Assembly: GCA_963720545.1 (NCBI GenBank)
Contig: OY970399.1
Span: 2,112,001-2,176,000 of the forward strand
From: an uncultured Acidobacteriota bacterium
GTDB lineage: Bacteria > Acidobacteriota > Vicinamibacteria > Fen-336
Length of the DNA: 64,000 nt
Direction: 5' to 3'
The notes beneath the pieces are model-generated. The model worked only from the letters and a program-made list of their open reading frames with translations. It did not search any database and was not told where the DNA came from. Shown piece after piece: positions 38,108 through 47,596 of this stretch; position 1 is the first letter of the stretch, and each line of letters starts with the position of its first letter. A program made the translations under genes and the position numbers.

Positions 38108-39798
38108 GCGGCGGCGCCCGGGTGCTGGCGCTGGTCCCCGCTCGCGGCGGCAGCGATCCGGTGCCGTTCCTCAACATCAAGCGCCTCGGCGACGCGCCGC
38201 TGCTGGCGCACACGCTGCGCGCCGCCCGCGGCGCGAGCCTCGTCGACCAGGTGGTGGTCTCGACCGACGACGAGTCGATTGCCGACATCGCCCGCAGCCA
38301 CGGTGCGCTGGTGCCGTTCCTGCGGCCGAAGGAGCTGGCCGGCAACATCCCGAGCCTGCGCCCGGTCATCGAGCACGCGGTGGCGGCGCTCGAGCAGCAG
38401 GGCGAGCGCTACGACGTGATCGTGGTGTTGCAGGCGACCACGCCGTTTCGCACCGCGGCCACGATCGACGCCGCCATCACCCGGCTCTTGGCGAGCGACG
38501 GGCAGTTCGACAGCGTGGTGTCGGTGAGCGAGGACCGCACCCTCAAATGGCGGGCCGCGGACGGCCTGCTGCGGCCGCTGTTCGAGCGCGAGGGCCGCCG
38601 CGACCAGCAGGAGCCGATCTACCGTGAGAACGGCGCGGTGGTGGCACTGCGCCGCGGGGTGCTGCGCGGCGCGAGCCGCTTCGGCGAGCGCGTCGCCTAC
38701 CTGGTGCTCGACAAGCGCGAGAGCTTCACCGTGCACGACCTCGAGGACTTCTGGATGGCGGAGCGGCTGCTGCGCCATCCGCGCATCCTGTTCCGCGTCG
38801 ACGGCGGCGGTGACATGGGCATGGGCCACGTGTACCGCTCGCTGGCGGTCGCCGACGCGCTGCGCGCGACTTCGCGGGCCGAGGTGGCGTTCCTGATGCA
38901 GGCCGAGCCGGCCGAGGGGCTCGCTGTGGTTTCGGCCGCGGGCTACGACGTGCGGCTGGTGGAGAAGCGCCGCGACCGCTGGCTCGACGCCATCGGCGAC
39001 TTCGCCCCCGACGTGCTGGTCAACGACCTGCCGCGCCTCGACGACGACTACCTGGCGGCGCTCTCGCACATCGGCGCCACCACCGTGAACCTGGTGGACA
39101 CGCTCGACGACCTGGAGAAGACCGAGGCCTACGCGCAGCTCATCGTCTCGGTGATGCACGAGGAGCGCGAGACGCCAGAAGGCTTCTACGGCGGGCCGGC
39201 GTTCGCGATCCTGCGCTCGCACTTCCAGGGCCGCGCCAAGGAAGTGCGCGAGCGGCCGCGGCTGGTGCTGCTGAGCTTCGGCGGCAGCGACCCGCAGGGC
39301 TACACGGTGAAGGCGGCGCGCGCGCTGCAGGGGCTGCCGCAGGACGTCGAGGTGATCGCCGTGGCCGGGCCGGCCTTCTCGCATCACGCCGCGTTCGCGG
39401 CGGCCGCGGCGGCGTTCGTGCGCCCGGTGCGGCTCCTCGACTCGCTCGGCGCGCACATCGCCGACCTGATGCAGCAGGCCGACCTGGTGGTGGCTTCGGG
39501 CGGCATGACCGTCTACGAACTGGCGGCGCTCGGGACGCCGAGCCTGGTCCTCGCTCAGAATACGCGCGAGGACAAGCGCATGACGGAGTTCGCACGCCAC
39601 GGGACGGTTTCCTATCTCGGCCTCGGCACCGAAGTGGGCGAAGCGACGATCGCACGCAGCGTGGCGGAGCTGCTCGATAATCTCGAGGAGCGCCGTGCCA
39701 TGAGCCGGCGGGGACAAGCCCTGGTCGATGGTCTCGGCGCCAGCCGCGCAGCGGAGCTGGTGCTGAACCACGGCGGCCGCGGCAAGGCCGAGAGTTAA
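38104..39798 (+). CDS. Fusion: acylneuraminate cytidylyltransferase-like (NeuA) plus PseG/SpsG UDP-sugar hydrolase
   Basis: N-half PARGGS, VVSTDD, VPFLRP, LQATTPFR, ENGAV; C-half RVDGGGDMGMGHVYRSL, FGGSDP, GGMTVYELAALG. Confidence 0.88.
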   Translation: MSGGARVLALVPARGGSDPVPFLNIKRLGDAPLLAHTLRAARGASLVDQVVVSTDDESIADIARSHGALVPFLRPKELAGNIPSLRPVIEHAVAALEQQGERYDVIVVLQATTPFRTAATIDAAITRLLASDGQFDSVVSVSEDRTLKWRAADGLLRPLFEREGRRDQQEPIYRENGAVVALRRGVLRGASRFGERVAYLVLDKRESFTVHDLEDFWMAERLLRHPRILFRVDGGGDMGMGHVYRSLAVADALRATSRAEVAFLMQAEPAEGLAVVSAAGYDVRLVEKRRDRWLDAIGDFAPDVLVNDLPRLDDDYLAALSHIGATTVNLVDTLDDLEKTEAYAQLIVSVMHEERETPEGFYGGPAFAILRSHFQGRAKEVRERPRLVLLSFGGSDPQGYTVKAARALQGLPQDVEVIAVAGPAFSHHAAFAAAAAAFVRPVRLLDSLGAHIADLMQQADLVVASGGMTVYELAALGTPSLVLAQNTREDKRMTEFARHGTVSYLGLGTEVGEATIARSVAELLDNLEERRAMSRRGQALVDGLGASRAAELVLNHGGRGKAES

Positions 39799-39826
39799 AG
39801 CGAAGCGAAGGAAGCGAGAGAATCGA

Positions 39827-40858
39827 ATGGAAGAGCGACGCCGCGCGCCGGCAATCCCGCAGCTGCACTGGAGCGGAACCAAGAAGGCCCTGATCACCGG
39901 CGGTGCCGGCTTCATCGGCAGCCACCTGGCCGAGGTGCTGCTCGCCCGGGGCGACACCGTCTACGTGGTCGACGACCTCTCGACCGGCTCGGTGGACAAC
40001 ATCGAGCACCTCAAGGGTGACCGCCGCTTCCACTACGTGATCGACACGGTCACCAACGAGAGCGCGCTCGCCGAGCTCATCGACCGCGTCGACGTCGTCT
40101 ATCACCTGGCGGCCGCGGTCGGCGTGAAGCTGATCGTCGAGAGCCCGGTCAACACCATCGAGACCAACGTGCACGGCACCGAGATGGTGCTGAAGATCGC
40201 CAACAAGAAGAAGAAGAAGGTGCTGATCGCGTCCACGTCCGAGGTGTACGGCAAGAGCACCGCGGTGCCGTTCAACGAGGAAGCCGACCTGGTGATGGGC
40301 GCCACCACCAAGGGCCGCTGGAGCTACGCCTGCAGCAAGGCGATCGACGAATTCCTGGCGCTCGCGTACTGGAAGGAAAAGAAGCTGCCGGTGGTGGTGT
40401 TCCGCCTGTTCAACACCGTCGGCCCGCGCCAGACCGGGCGCTACGGCATGGTGGTGCCCAACTTCGTGCGCCAGGCCCTCCTCGGCCAGCCGCTCACCAT
40501 CTTCGGCGACGGCACGCAGAGCCGCTGCTTCACCTACGTGGCCGACGTCGTCAACGTGCTGATGAAGCTCGCCGACCACCCCGACGCGGTGGGCCAGGTG
40601 TTCAACATCGGCAACGACAAGGAAGAGATCTCGATCCTCGACCTCGCGAAGCGCGTCAAGGCGCGCACCAACTCGCCGAGCGCCCTGGTGCAGGTGCCCT
40701 ACGACCAGGCGTACGAGGCGGGCTTCGAGGACATGCAGCGGCGGGTTCCCGACCTCACCCGCATCCGCAACCTGGTGGGCTACGAGCCAAGCATCCACCT
40801 CGACGAGATCATCGACAACGTCGCGGGCTACTTCATGTCGGAGAAAGGGCGGCTCTGA
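39827..40858 (+). CDS. NAD-dependent sugar epimerase/dehydratase/decarboxylase
   Basis: ITGGAGFIGSHL, ASTSEVYGK, WSYACSK, RLFNTVGPRQ. Confidence 0.93.
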   Translation: MEERRRAPAIPQLHWSGTKKALITGGAGFIGSHLAEVLLARGDTVYVVDDLSTGSVDNIEHLKGDRRFHYVIDTVTNESALAELIDRVDVVYHLAAAVGVKLIVESPVNTIETNVHGTEMVLKIANKKKKKVLIASTSEVYGKSTAVPFNEEADLVMGATTKGRWSYACSKAIDEFLALAYWKEKKLPVVVFRLFNTVGPRQTGRYGMVVPNFVRQALLGQPLTIFGDGTQSRCFTYVADVVNVLMKLADHPDAVGQVFNIGNDKEEISILDLAKRVKARTNSPSALVQVPYDQAYEAGFEDMQRRVPDLTRIRNLVGYEPSIHLDEIIDNVAGYFMSEKGRL

Positions 40859-40905
40859 GCGAGCCTTCTCCAGGGGACGCCGGAGCCACCGCCGCGGCCC
40901 CTTCG

Positions 40906-42354
40906 GTGCGCGGCCTGGTCGCGCGCCTCTTCTCGCACTCGGCGATCTACGGGCTCGCCGACGTCTTCACCAACATCACCAACATCCTGCTGGCGCCGAT
41001 CCTCACGGCGTTCATCACGCCCGCGGACTATGGCATCTGGGCCATCCTCAACCTGTTCTCGGCATGCGCCAAGATCTTCTTCCGCCTGCGCCTCGACGAC
41101 GCTTTCCTGCGCACTCACTACGAGCAGCGCACCGCGGCCGAGCGCCACCGCCACGCCGGCACGCTGTGGATCTTCTCGGCCGTGGTCGGCACGCTGCTGT
41201 TCGCGGCGGTGGTGCTGTGCGCCGGGCCGCTGACCGCCCTCCTCTTCAGCGCGCCGCATCCGGCGAAGCACTTCCTGATCCTCTCGGCCACCGACGTGTG
41301 GCTGTCGATCTTCGGCTTCATCCCGCAGGGCCTGCTGCGCATCCAGGACAAGCCGCGGACCTTCACCGCCTTCACCATGCTGCGCCACGCGGTCACGATC
41401 GGCTGCAAGCTGGTGCTCGCCGTGCGCGGCTTCGGCGTCGCGGCGCTCCTGTGGGCCGACATCGCCGGCACGCTGGTGTTCACCGCCGTGCTGCTGCCGA
41501 CGCTGCTGCGCAACATTGCCTTCGCGTTCGACTTCGCGATGCTGCGCAACGCGCTGCGCTTCGCGCTGCCCAAGGTGCCGCACGCGCTCCTCATCCAGGT
41601 GCAGAACCTCATCGACCGCCCGCTCCTCGACCGCTTCGTCTCGCTCGCCGACGTCGGCGTCTACAGCTTTTCCTACAGCCTCGGCGCGGGCGTGAAGTTC
41701 GGCAGCTCGGCGTTCGAGCCGGCCTGGGGACCGTTCGTCTATTCGCAGCTGGGAAAGCCCGACGCCGCGAGGACCCAGGCGCGGATCATCACCTACGCGT
41801 TCGCCGGGTTTCTGGTGATGGCACTGCTGGTGTCGGTGTTCGCACGCGAGGCGCTGCAGGTGCTCGCGTTCAAGCGGCCCGAGCTGTGGGCCGGGGCTGC
41901 GATCGTCCCGGTGGTGGCGCTCGCCTACTTGCTGCACGGCGTGTTCCTCCTGACCTCGATCGGCCTCGGCATCGAGAAGAAGACCTCGGTCTATCCGCTC
42001 ATCGCGCTGGTCGCCGGTGTCCTCAACGTCGCCGCCAACCTCGCGCTCATTCCGCGCTACGGGATCATGGGCGCGGCGTGGGCCACGGTGATCTCGTACG
42101 CCACGATGGCGGCGCTCGGCGCGTGGCTGTCGGCGCGCGTCTACCCGCTGCCCCTCGAGATCGCGCGGCTGCTACGCTTGAGCGTGGCCGCCGCAGCCTG
42201 TTTCACCTTGTCGCGCCTGGCACCCGCGCCCTTCTGGAGCGCCGTCGCATGGAAGGCGGCGTGCTGCGCGGCGTTCCCGCTGCTGGCTGCGGCTCTTGGC
42301 TTCCTGCGCGACTCGGAGCGCGCGCAACTGCGCGCCTGGCTCTCCCGGCGGTGA
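40906..42354 (+). CDS. Wzx-type oligosaccharide flippase
   Basis: SAIYGL...PILTAFITPADYG, DVGVYS, NLALIPRYGIMGAAWAT; many TMs. Confidence 0.88.
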   Translation: MRGLVARLFSHSAIYGLADVFTNITNILLAPILTAFITPADYGIWAILNLFSACAKIFFRLRLDDAFLRTHYEQRTAAERHRHAGTLWIFSAVVGTLLFAAVVLCAGPLTALLFSAPHPAKHFLILSATDVWLSIFGFIPQGLLRIQDKPRTFTAFTMLRHAVTIGCKLVLAVRGFGVAALLWADIAGTLVFTAVLLPTLLRNIAFAFDFAMLRNALRFALPKVPHALLIQVQNLIDRPLLDRFVSLADVGVYSFSYSLGAGVKFGSSAFEPAWGPFVYSQLGKPDAARTQARIITYAFAGFLVMALLVSVFAREALQVLAFKRPELWAGAAIVPVVALAYLLHGVFLLTSIGLGIEKKTSVYPLIALVAGVLNVAANLALIPRYGIMGAAWATVISYATMAALGAWLSARVYPLPLEIARLLRLSVAAAACFTLSRLAPAPFWSAVAWKAACCAAFPLLAAALGFLRDSERAQLRAWLSRR

Positions 42355-44015
42355 GCGACCGCGGCGACGACAGCATCGCAACGGCGTTCACCGACTTCGA
42401 CCTCGTCGGCAAGCCGCTCCTCAACAAGGGCACCGCCTTCACCGAGGAGGAGCGCGACGTCTTCAAGCTGCACGGCCTGCTGCCGCCGCAGGTGGGCACG
42501 CTCGACGAGCAGATCTCGCGGCGCCTCAAGGCGATCCGCCGCCTGCCCACCGACTTCGACCGCTACGCGCTGCTGCGCGACCTGCAGGACACGAACGAAA
42601 CGCTGTTCCACGCGCTCTTGTCGCGGCACATCGTCGAGATGCTGCCGGTGGTCTACACGCCGACCGTGGGCGAAGGCTGCCAGCGCTTCAGCGAGATCTG
42701 GCGCAAGCCGCGCGGCTTGTTCCTCAGCTATCCCAACAAGGACCGCATCGCGCGCATCCTCGCCAACCCGCGCTTCGACGACGTGCGCATCATCGTGGTG
42801 AGCGACGGCGAGCGCATCCTCGGCCTCGGCGACCAGGGCGCCGGCGGCATGGGCATTCCGATCGGCAAGCTGTCGCTCTACACCGCCTGCGCCGGCATCC
42901 ATCCGTCGAAGACGCTGCCGATCCTGCTCGACGTCGGCACCGACAACGAGGCGCGCCTCGCCGACCCCATCTACATCGGCTGGCGGCACGAGCGGGTGCG
43001 CGGCGCGCAATACGACGAGTTCATCGAGGCCTTCGTCGACGCGGTGGTGGCGCGCTGGCCGAACATCCTGCTGCAGTGGGAAGACTTCGCCGGCGCCAAC
43101 GCCGGCCGCCTGCTCGAGCGCTACCGCGACCGGCTGTGCACGTTCAACGACGACGTGCAGGGCACCGCCGCGGTCGCCGCCGGCACGCTGATGGCCGCCA
43201 TCAACCTCACCGGCGTGCCGCTGCGCGAGCAGCGCATCGCCTTGCTGGGCGCGGGCTCCGCCGGCTGCGGCATCGCCTCGCTGCTGCTGCAGGCGATGGT
43301 CGACGAGGGCTCGACCCTGGCCGATGCGCGCGCGCGCTTCTTCGCGATCGACAAGCCGGGCCTGCTGCAGGAAGGCATGCCGGGACTGCACCCGGCGCAG
43401 GTGCCGTTCGTGCAGCCGCCTGCGCGGGTCGCCTCGTGGACGCTGCAAGAGCCCGGCCGCATCGGCCTCGTCGACGTCATGCAGAACGCCCGGCCCACCA
43501 CCCTCATCGGCGTCACCGGCCAGGCCGGCGCCTTCACCGAGGAAGCCGTCCGCACGATGGCGAGCCACGTCGAGCGCCCGGTGATCTTTCCGCTCTCGAA
43601 CCCGACCTCGCGCAGCGAGGCGAACCCGAAGGACCTGCTCGAATGGACCGCCGGCCGCGCGCTGATCGGCACCGGCAGCCCGTTTCCAGGCGTGACGCAG
43701 ACGAACAACTCGTACATCTTCCCGGGCGTCGGCCTCGGGGTGCTGGCCGCCGAGGCGACGCGCGTCACCGACACGATGTTCATGGCCGCGGCGAAGGCGC
43801 TCGCGGGGCTCTCGCCGGCGGCGCAGGGCGAAGGCACGGCGCTCCTGCCGCCGGTCGACCAACTGCGTTCGGTGGCGGTGGCGATCGCATCGGTGGTGGC
43901 GCGCCAGGCGCAGCAGGACGGCGTCGCGCCCAGGCGCGACACGGCGGCGCTGCACCGGCGCATCCGCGAAGAGGTTTGGGAGCCGGTCTACCGCCGCTAC
44001 CGCCTCGTGCCCTGA
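42351..44015 (+). CDS. maeA: NAD-dependent malic enzyme
   Basis: PLLNKGTAFT, VYTPTVG, DGERILGLGD, FNDDVQGT, GAGSAG, PLSNPT, NNSYIFPG. Confidence 0.95.
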   Translation: MSDRGDDSIATAFTDFDLVGKPLLNKGTAFTEEERDVFKLHGLLPPQVGTLDEQISRRLKAIRRLPTDFDRYALLRDLQDTNETLFHALLSRHIVEMLPVVYTPTVGEGCQRFSEIWRKPRGLFLSYPNKDRIARILANPRFDDVRIIVVSDGERILGLGDQGAGGMGIPIGKLSLYTACAGIHPSKTLPILLDVGTDNEARLADPIYIGWRHERVRGAQYDEFIEAFVDAVVARWPNILLQWEDFAGANAGRLLERYRDRLCTFNDDVQGTAAVAAGTLMAAINLTGVPLREQRIALLGAGSAGCGIASLLLQAMVDEGSTLADARARFFAIDKPGLLQEGMPGLHPAQVPFVQPPARVASWTLQEPGRIGLVDVMQNARPTTLIGVTGQAGAFTEEAVRTMASHVERPVIFPLSNPTSRSEANPKDLLEWTAGRALIGTGSPFPGVTQTNNSYIFPGVGLGVLAAEATRVTDTMFMAAAKALAGLSPAAQGEGTALLPPVDQLRSVAVAIASVVARQAQQDGVAPRRDTAALHRRIREEVWEPVYRRYRLVP

Positions 44016-44080
44016 ACGCCGCTCGCAAGCCGCAAGCGCTTGCGGCATAGTGATGAAAACCGGATGACCCAGGAGGCTTC

Positions 44081-44596
44081 ATGAAGCTTTTACTGTCGCT
44101 CGCAGCAGTTCTCGCATTCGCCGGCGCGGCCGCCGCGGCCCCGCCCACCAAGGCGATCGCCGTCCTCACACCGACCAAGGACAGCACCGTGAAGGGAACC
44201 TTGACCTTCAGCACGTCGGGCGGCGGCGTCGCGGTCTCGGGTGAGATCAGCGGCCTCAAGCCCGGCACGCACGGGTTTCACGTCCATGAGTTCGGCGACT
44301 GTTCGGCGCCCGATGGCGCTTCCGCCGGCGGCCACTGGAACCCTCTGAACCAGCCGCACGCGGCACCCGCGGAGGAGCATCGCCATGTCGGCGACCTCGG
44401 CAACATCGAGGCCGGTGCGGACGGCGTCGCCAAGATCGCGGTGACCGACTCGAAGCTGTCGCTCAGCGGCGAGTCGTCGATCCTCGGCCGCGGAGTCATC
44501 GTGCACACGAACGCAGACGACCTCAAGACCCAGCCGACCGGCAACGCGGGCGGACGTCTCGCCTGCGGCGTCATCGGCGCGGCAAAGTCCGAGTAA
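44081..44596 (+). CDS. sodC: Cu/Zn superoxide dismutase (exported)
   Basis: Signal peptide; HGFHVHE, SAGGHWNP, HVGDLGN, GNAGGRLACG. Confidence 0.96.
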   Translation: MKLLLSLAAVLAFAGAAAAAPPTKAIAVLTPTKDSTVKGTLTFSTSGGGVAVSGEISGLKPGTHGFHVHEFGDCSAPDGASAGGHWNPLNQPHAAPAEEHRHVGDLGNIEAGADGVAKIAVTDSKLSLSGESSILGRGVIVHTNADDLKTQPTGNAGGRLACGVIGAAKSE

Positions 44597-44677
44597 ATCA
44601 CGCATGGGCCGATCGCTGGTGGCCGCGGGCGCAATCCTCGCGCCCCTGGCCGTCGGCCTGTCTGCCTACTATTCATC

Positions 44678-45172
44678 ATGACCACGACCGGCCTTGCGAA
44701 GGAACTGGAGAACGAGGCGCGCACCACGCGGCCGCACCTGGCGCGACTCCCGGACGACAAGTTTGCCTGGCAGCCGCACCCCAAGTCGGCACGCGCCGGG
44801 GGGCTCGCGTCGCACATCGTGCAGTGCATCGCGTGGACGCCGCGCATCCTGTCCGGCGACGCCTTCGACTTCGATCCGAAGACATTCCAACGCCGCACCG
44901 CTGAAAACAGCGCGGACCTGCTGGCGTTCTTCGACGCGACGGTCGAAGAGGCGCTCGCTGCACTCGCCGCCGCCGACGACGCGGCGCTCGATGCGAGGTG
45001 GTCCTTCAGCATCCAGGGCGCGGTGCGCTTCACCAAGCGGCGGCGCTACGCGGTGCGCGACATGAGCCTCAGCCACCTCATCCATCACCGCGGCCAGTTC
45101 TCGGTCTACCTGCGCCTGCTCGACATCGCGGTGCCGAGCTCCTACGGTCCTACGGCCGACGAGAGTATCTAG
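44678..45172 (+). CDS. DinB family protein
   Basis: WQPHPKS...LASH; HLIHHRGQFSVYLRLLDIAVPSSYGP. Confidence 0.9.
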   Translation: MTTTGLAKELENEARTTRPHLARLPDDKFAWQPHPKSARAGGLASHIVQCIAWTPRILSGDAFDFDPKTFQRRTAENSADLLAFFDATVEEALAALAAADDAALDARWSFSIQGAVRFTKRRRYAVRDMSLSHLIHHRGQFSVYLRLLDIAVPSSYGPTADESI

Positions 45173-45182
45173 AGCGTCTTCA

Positions 45183-47036
45183 TCAACGGCCGACGGCGAC
45201 GAAGCGTTCGCCGAATGCGGCCACCGCGGAAGCGATGCCGCGCATCAGCAGCAGCGCCAGGGCCGCGCAGGCGATGACGCGCGCGCTCCTGCCCTCGTCC
45301 CACAGGTGCGCGAGCGCGGCGGCGGCGGCGACCGCCACCGCGCCGGCGAGGAGTTCCACATCCTTGACGTCGCGGAACACGCCGGGCACGACATAGCGCA
45401 GCGCCAGAAGCGTCAGTCCCGCGGCGAACAGCGCGATGAGCACGCGCAGCGCTCCCTGGGGCGCTTGCCGCAGGCCCAGCACGCCGAGCACGCTGAGCGC
45501 CGGCAGCACCACACCGTAGAAGATGAAGAGCCGACCCCACGGCGAGCCTTCGGCCGTAGCCGCGCCGGCTGCCGGCAGGACGTCGCGCAGGAACACCGGC
45601 ACGAAGCGGAAATAGAGGATCGCGATCACGGCGAACGCGGCGGCTGCCTGCACCGCAAGCAAACGCGCCGCCTTTTCGCGCTGGCCCGAGAGTGTCAGGG
45701 CGGCGCCGAGCATCAGCAGGAAGAAGGACACAGTGAAGAGCGATCCGGTGTACGCCGCCTGCACCAGGAACAGCGCCGCCAGCAGCGCGCCGCGCGCCGG
45801 GTGCTCGCGGCCGCACCAGCGCACCAGGAACACGGCGAGCAGTAGCTCGAGCGCCTGCGCGAAGAGCGCTGGATAGAGCGCCAGCGACAGCCGCGAAGAA
45901 ACGACCGGCATCGTGAAGAACAGCAGCATCGCGCCGAAGCGCGCGTGCTTCACGGTGCCGAGGAGTGCCGACAACGCGAACACCGCGAGCAGGCCGGCGC
46001 CAAGCGATGCGGCCGCCAGCGCCTTGACCGCCGCGACCGAACCGATGAGCGGCCGCAGCGGCAGCGCCAGCAGGTGAAAGACCGGCGAGTACGGAAACGC
46101 CACCGTCTTGTCGCCAACCGTGCGGGTCCAGGCCTTGAATCGCAGCTGGTAGGGCGCGGGATCGATGGCCGTATGCGGCGCGCGCGCGATGGCGTCCACG
46201 AAACGCGCGTGCGTGTCCACGTCCGGGTAGTAGAAGCCGGGCTGGAACAAGACGGTACAGCAGGCGAGGCATGCGGCAAGCGCCCACGGCCGCGCAGCGC
46301 GGGCGTCGATGCCGAGCCGCCGCAGCCCGGCCGCGGCGGCGGCGATGACGAGCGTGCAGAAGAGCGCCGGCACCGCCGACTCGCCAACTGCAACGAGGCC
46401 GCCAAAGCGGTCGCAGAGAACCGCGGCCGGGCCGAAGAGCGCGACGCTCGCTGCCGCAACCACGCCGCCGTGCGCACCGAAAAGCGCCGCAGCGAGTAGC
46501 GGGACGCCGAGGAAAAAGAGCGCCCACTGCGCGAAGAGGTGCGCGCGAGGCAACGCCGCGCTGATGCCGTCAACCTCCATCCAGTCGAGCGCCGTGCCGA
46601 GCTTCTCGCCTTCTTCCGGCTGCACGCGCAGCAGCAGGCTGAACGGCCCGCGCAGCGCGGTGAGCGGCACCGTCGCCTGCGTCCAACCGCCCGGCAGGCT
46701 GTCGAACCGCGCGAGTACCTGGCCGTGCGCCCAGACGCTGGTGGTGACCGGCGTTTCGATAAAACGCGCGACCCGCATCCGCGCCGTCGGCGAGCCGCGT
46801 AATATGCGCAGGGGCAGCTCGATGCGTGAGCCGTCCCGGGTCCAGTGAAACATGGTCGCGCCTGCGCCCGCAGCGCCGTCGCGCTCCCAACCCGACCTGA
46901 ACCCGCGGGCGAAGTTGTCGTCGCCGGCGCCGAAGTTGACGAACATCGGAGCGGGCTTCTGCAACACGGCGAGGCTGAGGGCGAAACCGATCGCGCCCAA
47001 TGCCAGTGGCCTCAGCAAGCGGTTAGAGGACGCCAT
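45183..47036 (-). CDS. Polytopic membrane protein, putative GT-C, with N-terminal soluble domain
   Basis: ATG 47036 (MASSNRLL); YPDVDTH acidic loop, FPYSPVFH, many TMs. Confidence 0.65.
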   Translation of the reverse strand: MASSNRLLRPLALGAIGFALSLAVLQKPAPMFVNFGAGDDNFARGFRSGWERDGAAGAGATMFHWTRDGSRIELPLRILRGSPTARMRVARFIETPVTTSVWAHGQVLARFDSLPGGWTQATVPLTALRGPFSLLLRVQPEEGEKLGTALDWMEVDGISAALPRAHLFAQWALFFLGVPLLAAALFGAHGGVVAAASVALFGPAAVLCDRFGGLVAVGESAVPALFCTLVIAAAAAGLRRLGIDARAARPWALAACLACCTVLFQPGFYYPDVDTHARFVDAIARAPHTAIDPAPYQLRFKAWTRTVGDKTVAFPYSPVFHLLALPLRPLIGSVAAVKALAAASLGAGLLAVFALSALLGTVKHARFGAMLLFFTMPVVSSRLSLALYPALFAQALELLLAVFLVRWCGREHPARGALLAALFLVQAAYTGSLFTVSFFLLMLGAALTLSGQREKAARLLAVQAAAAFAVIAILYFRFVPVFLRDVLPAAGAATAEGSPWGRLFIFYGVVLPALSVLGVLGLRQAPQGALRVLIALFAAGLTLLALRYVVPGVFRDVKDVELLAGAVAVAAAAALAHLWDEGRSARVIACAALALLLMRGIASAVAAFGERFVAVGR

Positions 47037-47092
47037 TTTCGCCGGTGTGGAATTTACACCGGGGCAAGCGGCGAGCGGAGAGGAGCCCAACC

Positions 47093-47521
47093 ATGACGCT
47101 CGGCCTCATCGACATCGACAAAACCTTCCTGCCGGTGTCGCAAATGCGCCAGATCTCGCGGATCACGACGCTCGACGGCCCGCTCATCACGGGCGAGGTC
47201 GACCTCGAGTCGCATTGGGTCTACGCACAGCACTTCCCCGACGACCCGATCTTCCCGGGCTCGCTGCTCACCGAAGCCGCCGGCCAGCTGGTGGCGCTTT
47301 GGGCCTGGGCGGCGGGCCACCGCGGCCGGCCGCGCCTGGTGAAGATCGAGGCGCAGTTCCGCAGCCCCGTGTGCGACGCCGCCGGGCTCCTCGTCCTGCA
47401 AGGCGAGGTGCGTTGCCGCCGCAACATGTGCTTCGGCGCGGTTTCGGTGCAGGCGGCGAGCGTCGAGGTGGCGACCGTCCGCATCGTGCTCGCCGTGCTC
47501 AGCGACCAGGCCGCGAACTGA
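47093..47521 (+). CDS. FabA/FabZ-like hot-dog dehydratase
   Basis: HFPDDPIFPGSLLTEAAGQ; GAGGAG SD before ATG 47093. Confidence 0.85.
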   Translation: MTLGLIDIDKTFLPVSQMRQISRITTLDGPLITGEVDLESHWVYAQHFPDDPIFPGSLLTEAAGQLVALWAWAAGHRGRPRLVKIEAQFRSPVCDAAGLLVLQGEVRCRRNMCFGAVSVQAASVEVATVRIVLAVLSDQAAN

Positions 47522-47596
47522 GCGCCTGACCAAGCCCTCGCGTTACCGTCCCGCAAGGGGGCGGGTGATAGCATTAAGTCTTTTGTAGACCTATAC

